A DNA stretch of 63,602 nt, the filler included. It is 8 parts of 8 records of this genome, joined end to end, with 100 filler letters (N's around TTAATTAATTAA, not from the genome) between each part and the next. Parts side by side here need not be neighbours in the genome. Positions count along the whole stretch, not along the records: positions 39,621 to 44,908 come from SRR31156797_27905; positions 45,009 to 52,357 come from SRR31156797_27910; positions 52,458 to 58,457 come from SRR31156797_27916; 5 more parts are not named here. One strand, 5' to 3'. Position 1 is the stretch's first letter; each line of letters starts with the position of its first letter. Below the pieces are notes generated by a model. The model saw only the letters and a list, made by a program, of their open reading frames with translations. It was not told the origin of the DNA and searched no databases. Positions 42,379 through 53,171 of this stretch are shown here, piece by piece. A program made the translations under genes and the position numbers.

Positions 42379-43371
42379 ATGGATTTAAAACAAGAAATAA
42401 ATAAATTAAAAAAAGAACTAGATGTGACTATTGTCGCTCACTTTTATCAAAAAGATGAAGTGTTTGAGATGGCAGATATTACAGGGGATAGTTTAGAGCT
42501 TGCTAAAAGAGCAATTGCCACGCCAAGTGAAAAGATCATTTTTTGTGGGGTTGGATTTATGGGGCAGAGTGTAAAAGTATTGGCTCCAAGTAAAAGAGTC
42601 TTTATGCCTAAGATTGCATGTTGTGCTATGGCAAAGATGATCGATGTGGATTATTATAATATGAATCTAAAGATTTTAAATGAAGCTGGGATATCAAATG
42701 ATGATATTTTACCTATTACTTATATCAACTCTTCTGCAGAGGTAAAAGCTGAAGTTGGGAAAATGGGTGGATATGTATGCACTAGCTCAAATGCCTATAA
42801 GATTATCAATAAAGGCTTAGAAAGTGGTAAAAAAATCTTCTTTGTACCAGATCGTTGTCTTGGGCAAAATTTTGCAAAACAGATTGGTCTAAAATCAGCA
42901 GTCGTAGGGATCGATGATATTGAAGATGTAAAAACAGCTGATATTATCTGTTTTAATGGATTTTGTTCAGTTCATCAGCTTTTTACTCCTGAAGATGTGG
43001 ACTTTTATAAAGAGAAATATCCAGATATCTTAGTGGCTGTACATCCTGAGTGTGATCCAGCAGTTGTAGATAAAGCTGATTTTGTTGGAAGTACTTCACA
43101 ACTGATTAAATATATTACTGAGGAACTATCTCCAGATCAAAAAGTAGTAGTTGGGACTGAGTTTAATATGGTAAATCGTTTAAGAGAGAAAAATACTTAT
43201 GTATTAAGCTCCACTAAGCCAGAGTGTCCAACGATGAATGAAACAACTCTACAAGATCTCTATGATACCTTGATCTCGATCAAAGAGGAAACTTATAATA
43301 ATGAAATATCTGTAGATGAAGATGTGATCAAGTATGCACAGATTGCACTACAAAGAATGTTTGAGGTATAA
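42379..43371 (+). CDS. nadA: Quinolinate synthase
   Basis: VAHFYQ, GDSLEL, FCGVGFM, YINSSA, CSVH, HPEC, CPTMN. Confidence 0.96.
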   Translation: MDLKQEINKLKKELDVTIVAHFYQKDEVFEMADITGDSLELAKRAIATPSEKIIFCGVGFMGQSVKVLAPSKRVFMPKIACCAMAKMIDVDYYNMNLKILNEAGISNDDILPITYINSSAEVKAEVGKMGGYVCTSSNAYKIINKGLESGKKIFFVPDRCLGQNFAKQIGLKSAVVGIDDIEDVKTADIICFNGFCSVHQLFTPEDVDFYKEKYPDILVAVHPECDPAVVDKADFVGSTSQLIKYITEELSPDQKVVVGTEFNMVNRLREKNTYVLSSTKPECPTMNETTLQDLYDTLISIKEETYNNEISVDEDVIKYAQIALQRMFEV

Positions 43372-43377
43372 TATAGT

Positions 43378-44202
43378 ATGGGTTTAGAGATAAAAAAATT
43401 TGTAAAAAATGCTATATTAGAAGATAATGGAAGAGGTGACCTCTTTTTTGATGTTGCACCAAAAGGGCGTTTTACTGCTCGTGTGATTGCTAAAGATGAG
43501 GGGATCATCGCAGGAGTAAAATACGCTAAAGTACTTGCACGAAGTGAAAAATTTGATTGTAAATTTCTTTTAAAAGATGGATGTGAAGTAAAAAGAGGGG
43601 ATGTGATCGCTGAACTTGAAGGAAAAGCTTCTGTTCTTTTAAGTTCGGAGAGAACTTTTTTAAATATTTTACAGCATGCTTCAGGAATAGCAACAAACGC
43701 AGCAAAATATGCAAAACTCTTAGAGGAAAGTAATATTGTTCTTCTTGATACAAGAAAAACACGACCAGGGTTAAGAGATTTTGAAAAGTATGCAAGTAGA
43801 GTAGGTGGAGCGATCAATCATAGACTTGGACTTGATGATTGTTTGATGTTAAAAGATACGCACTTAAAAACAATCCCTGATCTTCATGAATTTGTAGCTC
43901 AAGCTAGAAAAAGAATCTCTTGGGTCACAAAAATAGAAATTGAGTGTGAAACATTTGAACAAGTAAAAGAAGCGATGTCAGCTGGAGCTGATATCATTAT
44001 GTGTGATAATATGACCCCTGATCAGATAAAAAAAGTATCAGAATATCGAAGAGAGGTTCACCCACATGTACTATTAGAAGCGAGTGGAAATATCACTGAG
44101 AAAAATGTAGAGAAATATATTGATACTGGAATTGATGCAATTAGTTCTGGAGCGATTATCCACCAAGCAACGTGGTTAGATTTTTCTATGAAGTTTGATT
44201 AA
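43378..44202 (+). CDS. nadC: Nicotinate-nucleotide diphosphorylase (carboxylating)
   Basis: DTRKTRPG, NHRLGL, KDTH, EASGNIT. Confidence 0.96.
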   Translation: MGLEIKKFVKNAILEDNGRGDLFFDVAPKGRFTARVIAKDEGIIAGVKYAKVLARSEKFDCKFLLKDGCEVKRGDVIAELEGKASVLLSSERTFLNILQHASGIATNAAKYAKLLEESNIVLLDTRKTRPGLRDFEKYASRVGGAINHRLGLDDCLMLKDTHLKTIPDLHEFVAQARKRISWVTKIEIECETFEQVKEAMSAGADIIMCDNMTPDQIKKVSEYRREVHPHVLLEASGNITEKNVEKYIDTGIDAISSGAIIHQATWLDFSMKFD

Positions 44203-44374
44203 TAAACTATCCTTCCCTCTTCTCTTATTTAAAAAGTTTGGTTTTAACCAGCTTTTTCCATATATTGTTGTAAATATCGTCACAGCAATACCAAAAAGTT
44301 TTTAAAAATATCCAAAAATCTTTTTTGTGACACTTTTTGGGTAGCATAGTAAGAACTTTAAAATAAGGACTTCC

Positions 44375-44908
44375 TATGAAAAACTTACCTCTGCATCTTA
44401 TACCCTGGATGATCAAGTAGAAGTATATGGAGATAATGCCTATACCTATGACAATGATGGATATTTAAGTTCAAAAGTTACCCCTGAAGGAACTACCACC
44501 TATAGCTATTCAATACTTGGAGAACTAAAAGAAGTTGTTACACCAACTTAAACTATTACATATAAGCATAATGCTTTAAATCAAAGAGTAGCTAAACTAG
44601 TCAACGGTATCGTAATAGAGAAATACCTATGGGCAGACTTAACAACTCTACTTGCTGTATATGATAAGGATGATAACTTAGTTCAAAGGTTTGAGTATGC
44701 TGATTTAAGGATGCCTGTATCGTTTACTACTGCTGATAATAGCAAATACCATTTACATTATGATCAGGTAGGATCACTAAGAGCTGTAACAGATACCTCT
44801 AATACAATTATAAAAGAGATAGTTTATGATACATACGGTAATATTTTAGAAGATACAAATCCTGATTTTAGTGTACCATTTGGGTTTGCTGGTGGATTGT
44901 ATGATCAA
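44375..44908 (+). pseudogene. Orphan RHS/YD-repeat core fragment with internal stop, 3'-truncated
   Basis: One frame reads YTLDDQ..YTYDNDGYL..VVTPT*TITYKHNALNQRVAK..YDQVGSLR..YDTYGN..PFGFAGGLYD; TAA at 44549-44551. Confidence 0.8.
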
Positions 44909-45008
44909 NNNNNNNNNNNNNNNNNNNNNNNNNNNNNNNNNNNNNNNNNNNNTTAATTAATTAANNNNNNNNNNNNNNNNNNNNNNNNNNNNNNNNNNNN
45001 NNNNNNNN
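44909..45008. other. Artificial contig spacer
   Basis: N-run with TTAATTAATTAA. Confidence 0.99.
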
Positions 45009-45319
45009 GGCGATGGTAGTTAATGTTATTTCATTTTAAATTTAGTACTTCATTTCAAGAAAAACTACTTAGTGACAAATCCGAAATTTTAAGTTAATAA
45101 CCCTTAAGATTTATACCGAATGACCCAAAATGCAAATTTTTAACCCGTAACTGACTGATTTTCAAGTGTGGGTTTCAGGGCGTCGTTATGGTGCCCAAAA
45201 CAGAAAGGTGCAAAAGTGTTAGTTTTTTATTAAGGTCTCATTGCTCTGAAGGAGCAAAAGAATCAATCTCGAAATGTGTTATTGTCGACCTTAAATCGGA
45301 ATCTGAGAATAGTTGTTCT

Positions 45320-46222
45320 TTATGGCAATTCCTCTCCCTTCGATGCTACATAAATCCGATACCATTGTTCATCACTCATATCAACCTGTGTAGCTTCCAC
45401 GGCATTTTTTATTCGATCCATTTTACTAGTGCCAATAATTGGAATTATTCCAACAGGATGTTTCAGCAGCCAACTATAAATAATCTTGTCAATCTTTTCT
45501 TCACCTAGCTCTTCAGCAACTTTCGATAGTTCTTTCAATATCCGTGTCCCTTTATTATTTACAGGCTTAAAAATACTTCCTCCAGCTAATGGCGACCATG
45601 CCAGTGGTTTAATTTTTTCTTTTAGAAGGTAATCTATATTTCCGCTTTCAAATGCTTCAAGGTGATAAGGCGATATTTCTATCTGATTAGTTATCAGATC
45701 AATATCTAAATGTGTTTTGAGCATTTCGAATTGCATTGGTGTAAAGTTAGAAACCCCAAAGTGCAATACTTTTCCACTTTTTTTAAGGTGATTAAAAGCT
45801 TTGGTTACTTCATTAGGGTCAAATAGAGGAGAAGGTCTGTGAAGTAAAAGTAAGTCAATATAGTCTGTTCGTAAGTTTTGGAGCGAGTTTTCTACTGAAC
45901 TTACAATGTGATTATATGAGTAATCATAAGTTTTAATTTTTCTTTCAGGGTATTTGTCAGACATTAATTTAATGCCGCATTTAGTAATTAATTGAATATC
46001 TTTCCGAAGACCGGGATGAGTTTTTAATATATGTCCAAATGCTTTTTCACATTCATAGTCACCATATATGTCAGCGTGATCAAATGTTGATATACCCAAA
46101 TCAACTGTTTTACGTGTCAGTTCATAGAGTTCCTGAATAGAATATCCCCATTCCATTAAACGCCAGTGTCCATGTATAATTTGAGATATCTCGAAATCTT
46201 TTGCCAATTTAATTTTCTTCAT
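45320..46222 (-). CDS. Aldo/keto reductase (YdhF/YcsN-like)
   Basis: FDHADIYG, ITKCGI, LLLHRP, GVSNF, AWSPLAGG. Confidence 0.93.
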   Translation of the reverse strand: MKKIKLAKDFEISQIIHGHWRLMEWGYSIQELYELTRKTVDLGISTFDHADIYGDYECEKAFGHILKTHPGLRKDIQLITKCGIKLMSDKYPERKIKTYDYSYNHIVSSVENSLQNLRTDYIDLLLLHRPSPLFDPNEVTKAFNHLKKSGKVLHFGVSNFTPMQFEMLKTHLDIDLITNQIEISPYHLEAFESGNIDYLLKEKIKPLAWSPLAGGSIFKPVNNKGTRILKELSKVAEELGEEKIDKIIYSWLLKHPVGIIPIIGTSKMDRIKNAVEATQVDMSDEQWYRIYVASKGEELP

Positions 46223-46443
46223 ATTAGTGCTTAATTTCTATAAAAGTAAAAGACTAATTTCAAATCACAAATTTCTTGTCTTTGATATTTCTTTTTTATA
46301 AAAACAGAAGAATATTATAGTCTTTCTGAAAAACTATAAATAATAAATTGTAAATAGATATCTTATGCTTGTTTCATTTTGTCATTTTTTATTATCTTCG
46401 TGCCCTGAATTATTTTTTTGAAACACATAATATTAGTTAGAAT

Positions 46444-48567
46444 ATGGCTACATTAGAGAGAATTAGGAATCGAATGGGGATTTTAGTCTCGATTGTTATT
46501 GGAATGGCTTTATTAGCGTTTATACTTGGCGACCTTTTTAGCAGTGGTACAAGTTTGTCATCTGATCAATTTGAAGTGGCTGAAATCAATGGTACTGCTA
46601 TCGACTATCGTAACTACGACAAGCGAGTTGAGACAGCAGTTGAGAATGCCAAAAGAAATAATAATCAAACCACACTTGATGATCAAACAATGAATGCTGT
46701 GAGAGATCAAGTATGGCAGAATTTATTGCAAGAGTATATTTTAGGTGAGCAAATTGAATTATCAGGTATTAATGTAAGTGTAGCTGAATTGAGAGATATG
46801 GTTGCAGGGAACAATATTCACCCTCAAATTCGTCAGGCAGCAGCATTTCAAGATCCTGAAACAGGTCAGTTTGATCCTCAAAGAGTACTGCAATATATTG
46901 CTAGTTTAGATCAAATGTCTGAGCAAGATCGTCAAAACTGGGTCGCATATGAGCAGTATTTAAAAGAAGATCGTTTAGGCAGTAAGTATTATGCAGCCAT
47001 TCAAAAGGGAATGTATGTAACTGGTTTTGAAGCGCAGCAATCTGCCATTAATAAACAAAAGAAAGTAAACTTTAAATATATCTCCTTGCCTTATACAGAG
47101 CTAAAAGATGAAGAGATTAAAGTTGAAGAAGCTGAACTACAAAAATATTATAACGAGCATAAAGAGCTTTTTAAGCAAGAAAAAGCTGTAGATATAGAAT
47201 ATGTTGTTTTCTCTGTTGAACCAACTCAGGAAGACATCAACAATATTAAGGAAGAGGTTGCTTCTTTAATTCCGGAATTAAAAAATACAGATGAAGAGGC
47301 TCAATATGTGACTGCTACTTCTGATACGCAATTTGATGCTCAGTTTTATCAAAAAGGTGAGTATGAAAACGCTGAAGTTGATTCAGTAATGTTTGTTGCA
47401 GAAGAAGGTACCGTATATGGTCCATACAAGTATATGGATAGCTGGAGAATTGCAAAAATTGCACATATTGAAGAACGTCCGGATACAATTAAAATACGTC
47501 ACATTGTTTTGGCTCCTTCAGCTGAACGTAGTGCTCAAGCTACTAAAGAATTAGCTGATAGTTTAACACAGATAATTGAAGAAGGAGCAGATTTTGCTGC
47601 CCTTGCACGTGAATATTCTCTAGACGAAGAAACTGCAGAAAAAGGAGGAGACCTGGGCTGGAGAAACCTTGAGGAAATGGTTTACGGTGAAGCATTACTT
47701 GATGCGGGAATTGGTGAAGTTGTTCAGGTGCCTACTAACCAGGTTATTTTCATTGCTGAGATGACTGAAATGGGTAAAAAAGCTAAGCAAGTTCAGGTAG
47801 CAGTAATTTCAAGAGATATTGTTCCTAGTGAAAATACACGTGATGAGATATTCCAAAAAGCTAATATGTTTGCTGGAAAGAATCGTACAGTGAAACTATT
47901 TAACGAAGGTGTCGCTAACGAAGGTTTAATCAAAAAACAAGCGAATAACCTTAAAACCACATCAAGACAAATTGCAGGTTTAACTAATGCCAGAAGCCTT
48001 ATTCGTGAAGCATTCTTTTCAGAAGAAAATCAGATTATTGTAGCACGAAACTCACAAAGTCCAATTTTTGAGTTAGGTGAAGACTATGTAATTGGAGTTG
48101 TGACTAAAAAATATGATGAAGGGTATGCTCCTTTGGAAGATGTTAAAACTACTGTGGAGAAAGCTGTAAAGAAAGAGAAAAAGGCTGAAATGTTAATGAC
48201 GAAAATGAAAGATGCAATTGCCAATGCTGAGAATATTGAGGCAGTTGCAGAGGCACTTTCTGCTGAAGTTAAAACCAGTACAAATGTAACTTTTTCAGCA
48301 TTCAGTGTTCCTGGAATTGGAATTGAACCAAATGTTCAGGGTACAGCATTAGCATTGAATAAAGATGAAATGTCTGCTCCTATCGAAGGAGGTAACGCTG
48401 TATACCTAGTTCAAATTACAGAAGTTACTCAACCAGGTGAGAACCTAAATCTTGAAATGGAAAAACGCTCAATCAAACGTCAGTTTGTATCACGCGTAGC
48501 AAATGAAGCTTTTGAAGCATTAAAAGATAATGCTGATATTGAAGATAACAGACTAAACTTTTACTAG
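46444..48567 (+). CDS. PpiD/SurA-type parvulin peptidyl-prolyl isomerase (Bacteroidota type)
   Basis: MATLERIRNR + N-terminal TM; RHIVL..FAALAREYS..KGGDLGW rotamase; IEDNRLNFY end. Confidence 0.9.
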   Translation: MATLERIRNRMGILVSIVIGMALLAFILGDLFSSGTSLSSDQFEVAEINGTAIDYRNYDKRVETAVENAKRNNNQTTLDDQTMNAVRDQVWQNLLQEYILGEQIELSGINVSVAELRDMVAGNNIHPQIRQAAAFQDPETGQFDPQRVLQYIASLDQMSEQDRQNWVAYEQYLKEDRLGSKYYAAIQKGMYVTGFEAQQSAINKQKKVNFKYISLPYTELKDEEIKVEEAELQKYYNEHKELFKQEKAVDIEYVVFSVEPTQEDINNIKEEVASLIPELKNTDEEAQYVTATSDTQFDAQFYQKGEYENAEVDSVMFVAEEGTVYGPYKYMDSWRIAKIAHIEERPDTIKIRHIVLAPSAERSAQATKELADSLTQIIEEGADFAALAREYSLDEETAEKGGDLGWRNLEEMVYGEALLDAGIGEVVQVPTNQVIFIAEMTEMGKKAKQVQVAVISRDIVPSENTRDEIFQKANMFAGKNRTVKLFNEGVANEGLIKKQANNLKTTSRQIAGLTNARSLIREAFFSEENQIIVARNSQSPIFELGEDYVIGVVTKKYDEGYAPLEDVKTTVEKAVKKEKKAEMLMTKMKDAIANAENIEAVAEALSAEVKTSTNVTFSAFSVPGIGIEPNVQGTALALNKDEMSAPIEGGNAVYLVQITEVTQPGENLNLEMEKRSIKRQFVSRVANEAFEALKDNADIEDNRLNFY

Positions 48568-48583
48568 AATATACTAGATCAAA

Positions 48584-48622
48584 GAAAGAGGTTGGTGGTT
48601 TTGCACTCAACCTCTTTTTTTT
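48584..48622 (+). terminator. Intrinsic terminator
   Basis: AAAGAGGTTG...CAACCTCTTT plus T-run. Confidence 0.7.
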
Positions 48623-48640
48623 ATAAGACAAGTTGCCTTT

Positions 48641-49744
48641 ATGGATGAGAGATTATATTTGCTTGCATTACAATTAATTGATGGCATCGGTCCTTCAACT
48701 TTGCGTAAATTAGTTGATTCGGCTGGTAAGCCTTCTGCGGTATTCGATTTACATAAGAATGTAAAAAAAGTACCTCGCTTAACGGATAAAATAAAGCAGG
48801 CTCTTCAGAATAAAGATTACTTAAAAAGGGCAGAAGAAGAAATAGCTTTTTGTGATAAGCATAATATCAAGGTGCTCCCATATTTTGATGAAGCATATCC
48901 GTCTCGATTGCAACATTGTAAAGATGCACCGGCTGTTTTGTTTTACCAGGGTAATGCGGATTTAAATTATAAAAAGGTAATTGGAATTGTAGGTACACGA
49001 AATGCTACAGTTTATGGTTCCAGTCTGGTTGAAAAATTAATTGAAGAACTAGCTGCAAATAGACATAGTGTGGCAATAGTAAGTGGATTAGCATATGGTA
49101 TAGATATTACTGCTCACAAAGCAGCTGTTAAAAATAAAATTCCTACTATTGGTGTGATGGGAACCGGAAGTGATGTAATATATCCTTCTGCACATCGAAG
49201 TGTGGCTATGCAAATGATTAAAAATGGTGGCCTTATCACAGAATTTGGAAAGGGAACAAAACCTGATCGACCAAATTTTGTGACACGTAATCGGATTATT
49301 GCAGGAATGTGTGATGCTATAATTGTGGCAGAATCTGGAGAAAGAGGAGGTTCATTAATTACTGCTGATATGGCATTTGGTTATAACCGGGATGTGTTCG
49401 CATTTCCAGGCAAAGTGGGTGATGCCAGTTCTGCCGGATGCAACAAATTGATTAAATCTCAAAAGGCAGCATTGCTGGAAGGGATTTCTGATTTGGAATA
49501 TGCCATGAATTGGGCGCCAGAGACTGCAACAGCAGAGCCAGTTCAAACAAGTCTTTTCGAGGGTTTGATGCCAGATGAGAGAGCTATTATGGAACTAATT
49601 TTGTTAGATGAAAAGGTAACTGCAGATTACCTGGCAGTAAAATTATCATTGCCTATAAGTCAGCTCAATGGTATTTTACTTAATCTGGAGTTGAAAAATA
49701 AAATTAAATCATTGCCAGGCAATCAATATACAAAAACACTATAG
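48641..49744 (+). CDS. dprA: DNA-processing protein DprA
   Basis: IVGTRNATVYG, VSGLAYGID..AH, RNRIIAG, GGSLITA; C-terminal wHTH. Confidence 0.95.
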   Translation: MDERLYLLALQLIDGIGPSTLRKLVDSAGKPSAVFDLHKNVKKVPRLTDKIKQALQNKDYLKRAEEEIAFCDKHNIKVLPYFDEAYPSRLQHCKDAPAVLFYQGNADLNYKKVIGIVGTRNATVYGSSLVEKLIEELAANRHSVAIVSGLAYGIDITAHKAAVKNKIPTIGVMGTGSDVIYPSAHRSVAMQMIKNGGLITEFGKGTKPDRPNFVTRNRIIAGMCDAIIVAESGERGGSLITADMAFGYNRDVFAFPGKVGDASSAGCNKLIKSQKAALLEGISDLEYAMNWAPETATAEPVQTSLFEGLMPDERAIMELILLDEKVTADYLAVKLSLPISQLNGILLNLELKNKIKSLPGNQYTKTL

Positions 49745-49748
49745 TACA

Positions 49749-50516
49749 ATGACATTGATTGATACACATTCTCATTTATACCTTGATGAATTTAATGAAG
49801 ATATAGTTGAAGTTGTTGCGAGAGCAAAAGCTTCAGGTATTTCAAACATATTGTTGCCTAATATTGATAAGGACTCTCTGGAGACAATGAATAATCTGTG
49901 TTCCCAATATCCGGGTTACTTTTTACCAATGATTGGATTGCATCCAACTTCAGTAAAAGAAGACTATAAAGACCAATTGAATGTTGTTGAAAATGAATTG
50001 AAAACTGGTAAGTATATTGCTATTGGTGAAATAGGTATTGATTTGTATTGGGATAAAACTTTTCAGGAGCAACAAGTTGATGCTTTTAAACATCAAATTG
50101 AGTTAGCATTAGAATACAACTTACCCATAGTTGTGCATGCACGTGACTCATTTGATGAAATATATGAAGTGCTTAAGTTGTATAAAAACAGCGGTTTAAG
50201 AGGTGTGATGCATAGTTTTACAGGCAGTGCAGAGCATGCCCAAACTGCATTAGACATGGGTTTTTATTTAGGTGTAGGAGGCATTTCTACCTTTAAAAAT
50301 TCTGATGTTGGCCGGATTATTGCAGAGCAACCTATGGAAAAATTGTTGTTGGAAACTGATAGTCCCTATCTGGCTCCAACGCCCAAAAGAGGAAAAAGAA
50401 ACGAGAGCGCATTTATAGTTCATATTGCCGAACATTTAGCCAAAATGAAAGAGATGAAAGTAGAAGAGGTCGGAGCAATTACAACTCAAAATGCAAAAGA
50501 ACTATTTAAAATATGA
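49749..50516 (+). CDS. tatD: TatD-family hydrolase
   Basis: DTHSH, GEIGID, HSFTG, LETDSPY. Confidence 0.92.
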   Translation: MTLIDTHSHLYLDEFNEDIVEVVARAKASGISNILLPNIDKDSLETMNNLCSQYPGYFLPMIGLHPTSVKEDYKDQLNVVENELKTGKYIAIGEIGIDLYWDKTFQEQQVDAFKHQIELALEYNLPIVVHARDSFDEIYEVLKLYKNSGLRGVMHSFTGSAEHAQTALDMGFYLGVGGISTFKNSDVGRIIAEQPMEKLLLETDSPYLAPTPKRGKRNESAFIVHIAEHLAKMKEMKVEEVGAITTQNAKELFKI

Positions 50517-51559
50517 GTAAACCACGTATTTTATTGCTTTACACAGGAGGTACCATAGGTATGGTTACTAATCCTAAAACGGGTTCACTTATTCCATTTA
50601 ACTTCGAACATATGGCCGGACAAGTTCCGGAACTCAATAAATTAGGCGTAGATTTACACGCTATAACATTTGATCCAATCATTGATAGTTCTGATATGAG
50701 ACCTGATTATTGGATTCAAATGGCACAAATTATTTACGATAATTACGAAAACTTTGATGGCTTTGTTGTGTTGCAGGGGACTGATACCATGGCGTATACA
50801 GCTTCAGCAATGAGTTTTATTCTGCAAGGGCTTTCAAAACCAATAGTATTAACCGGATCACAATTGCCCATTGGTACAATAAGAACTGATGGCAAAGAAA
50901 ACCTCATTACGTCAATACAGATTGCGGCAGATAAAAAGGATGGGAAGGCAATAGTGCCTGAAGTATCAGTATATTTTGAAAACCAGCTTTTCCGTGGAAA
51001 TCGTACGACTAAGCATAATGCTGAATATTTTTATGCATTCAGATCTGATAACTATCCGGCGTTGGCAGAAGCAGGAATTGACATTCATTACAATACAAAT
51101 GCTATTTTACCCGTTAGTAATAACAGAAGGCCGGAGTTTCATAAAACGTTTGACCAATCTTTGGCTATGCTGCGCCTATTTCCGGGGATTCAAAAAAAGC
51201 TTGTTGAGCAGATCTGTCGTATGGATGGTATGAAAGGATTGATATTACAATCATACGGTGCAGGCAATGTAATGACGGACCAATGGTTTTCCGATATTAT
51301 GCGTGAAACTGTTGAAAGAGGAATATATGTGCTAAATGTGACCCAGTGCAGGGCCGGTGGAGTGAAGATGGGTAAATACGAAAGTAGTAAAGGGTTGATT
51401 GATGCAGGTGTGTGGAGTGGATATGATATGAGTTTGGAGGCAGCCATCACAAAAATGATGTATGTCTTAGGTAAAAATATGAATAGACAAGAGGCAGAAG
51501 CATGTTTTAAAAAATCTTTAAGTGGAGAAATTAATGAGAATTTAATCGCTTTGGATTGA
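50513..51559 (+). CDS. ansA: Type I L-asparaginase
   Basis: YTGGTIGM, IDSS, GTDTMAYTAS, TGSQLP. Confidence 0.92.
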   Translation: MSKPRILLLYTGGTIGMVTNPKTGSLIPFNFEHMAGQVPELNKLGVDLHAITFDPIIDSSDMRPDYWIQMAQIIYDNYENFDGFVVLQGTDTMAYTASAMSFILQGLSKPIVLTGSQLPIGTIRTDGKENLITSIQIAADKKDGKAIVPEVSVYFENQLFRGNRTTKHNAEYFYAFRSDNYPALAEAGIDIHYNTNAILPVSNNRRPEFHKTFDQSLAMLRLFPGIQKKLVEQICRMDGMKGLILQSYGAGNVMTDQWFSDIMRETVERGIYVLNVTQCRAGGVKMGKYESSKGLIDAGVWSGYDMSLEAAITKMMYVLGKNMNRQEAEACFKKSLSGEINENLIALD

Positions 51560-51606
51560 TATTTTTTGTAATTTGCCGCTTGTTTTACCGCCACGCGGTT
51601 TTTAAA

Positions 51607-51693
51607 GGAGGGATGGCCGAGTGGCTTAAGGCGCACGCCTGGAAAGCGTGTTTACCCGAGAGGGTATCGTGGGTTCGAATCCCACTCTCTCCG
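51607..51693 (+). tRNA. tRNA-Ser(GGA)
   Basis: GGAGGGA/TCTCTCC acceptor stem, CACGC-CTGGAAA-GCGTG anticodon arm, long variable arm, GGTTCGAATCC T-loop; CCA not encoded. Confidence 0.97.
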
Positions 51694-51766
51694 CTTTGGA
51701 ATTAAAGTAAAACTAATTAATTTTGATATTGGATTGAACATTAAAACTAAATCTAAATTTTTAACC

Positions 51767-52357
51767 ATGAGAAAGTTACTTGCATTTTTCGCGATTTTTG
51801 GGATGCTTTTTATTGGTGCATCCAACATGGTCCTTGCACAGGAAGAAACACAAGCTGACACAACAGTAGTTGAAGAAGCAACTACAGAAGCTGTTGATAC
51901 TCCTGCAGAGGCAACAACTGACGAAGGTCAAGACGAAGAGGAAACAAAAACTCTTCACCAAATTTTGAAACAGAAGTTTATTGAGGGTGGTGCCGGATTT
52001 ATGGGCGTTGTATTGTTAGCTTTAATCTTCGGATTGGCATTAGCAATTGAGCGTATCATTTATCTTAACCTAGCTTCAACTAACACTGAAAAATTACTTG
52101 AGAAAGTTGAAAGCGCACTTGAGAACGAAGGCGTAGAGGCTGCTAAAGAGATCTGTCGTAATACACGCGGACCTGTTGCTTCTATTTTCTATCAAGGTCT
52201 TTCACGTATTAACGAAGGTATTGAAGTAGTTGAAAAGTCAGTTATCTCGTACGGTAGTGTACAAATGGGATTACTAGAAAGAGGTCTTACATGGATTTCT
52301 CTTTTCATCGCTTTGGCTCCTATGCTTGGATTTATGGGTACTGTAATCGGTATGATT
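51767..52357 (+). CDS. MotA/TolQ/ExbB proton-channel protein, 3'-truncated
   Basis: FIEGG..M, APMLGFMGTVIGMI; likely ATG at 51767. Confidence 0.92.
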
Positions 52358-52457
52358 NNNNNNNNNNNNNNNNNNNNNNNNNNNNNNNNNNNNNNNNNNN
52401 NTTAATTAATTAANNNNNNNNNNNNNNNNNNNNNNNNNNNNNNNNNNNNNNNNNNNN
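52358..52457. other. Artificial contig spacer
   Basis: N-run with TTAATTAATTAA. Confidence 0.99.
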
Positions 52458-52458
52458 A

Positions 52459-53034
52459 ATTGGTGAAGATAGAGGTGAAGAGTTTACTCCTGATGTATTC
52501 CAAGATATGACTTGGGAAGCTTTAGAAGACCAATATAATATTGAAGCTAGAAAGAAAAAACACGAAGTTATCGAGAACTGGAGAGCTGCATTAGAGCAAG
52601 CAAATGAAAGAATCAAAATTGAACAAGCTTCTAAAGAGGAGTTGAGTTCTACTGGTGAAACAAAACTTGTGGCTGTTACAACTGCTGGAGAGGGAACTAT
52701 TAACTTACACTTTGGTAGTGCAACTGAGTTCTTAATCTATGAAGTTGGTGACAAAGCTATTAAATTTGTAATGCATAGAAAAGTTGAAAATGCATACTGC
52801 AAAGGACCAGAAGATTGTGATGGTTCTTATCCAATAGAAGAGATTAAAAATACTCTGAAAGATATAGATTTACTTCTTACAGAGAAAATTGGAGATTGTC
52901 CACAAGGGGAATTACAATCAATTAATTTAATATCTGATGATTCTTATGCTCTTCAACCTATAGAAAAATCAGTATTTGAAGCTGCAAAAAAATATTTCTT
53001 TGAATCAAAAGAAACAGAAAAAGAGTTAGGGTAA
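52459..53034 (+). CDS. nifB: Nitrogenase cofactor biosynthesis protein NifB, C-terminal part (5'-truncated)
   Basis: IGEDRGEEF follows the radical-SAM domain in NifB; NifX-like domain VAVTT..INLHFGSATEF..YCKGPEDC. Confidence 0.85.
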   Translation: MGEDRGEEFTPDVFQDMTWEALEDQYNIEARKKKHEVIENWRAALEQANERIKIEQASKEELSSTGETKLVAVTTAGEGTINLHFGSATEFLIYEVGDKAIKFVMHRKVENAYCKGPEDCDGSYPIEEIKNTLKDIDLLLTEKIGDCPQGELQSINLISDDSYALQPIEKSVFEAAKKYFFESKETEKELG

Positions 53035-53128
53035 TTCCTAACTTTTTATTATGAATAATCCAAAAATAATACTTTAAAAAGATAATAGTACTGTTTTATT
53101 CAGTCCCAAATCTTAAACTTAGGCTAAA

Positions 53129-53144
53129 TGGAACAGTTTTTGCA
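53129..53144 (+). promoter_or_regulatory. Sigma54 (-24/-12) promoter upstream of nifV
   Basis: TGGAAC-AGTTT-TTGCA with exact GG-N10-GC spacing. Confidence 0.75.
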
Positions 53145-53171
53145 TAAATATTTTTAATTCAACTAAAGGTA

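Noticed and set aside
45009-45319. Possible ncRNA or mobile-element end before the aldo/keto reductase stop
   Set aside because: Some GC-richer patches, but no convincing fold or family motif by eye
50773-50790. Asparaginase QGTDT instead of HGTDT
   Set aside because: Single substitution; catalytic Thr/Asp intact; not enough to claim altered function
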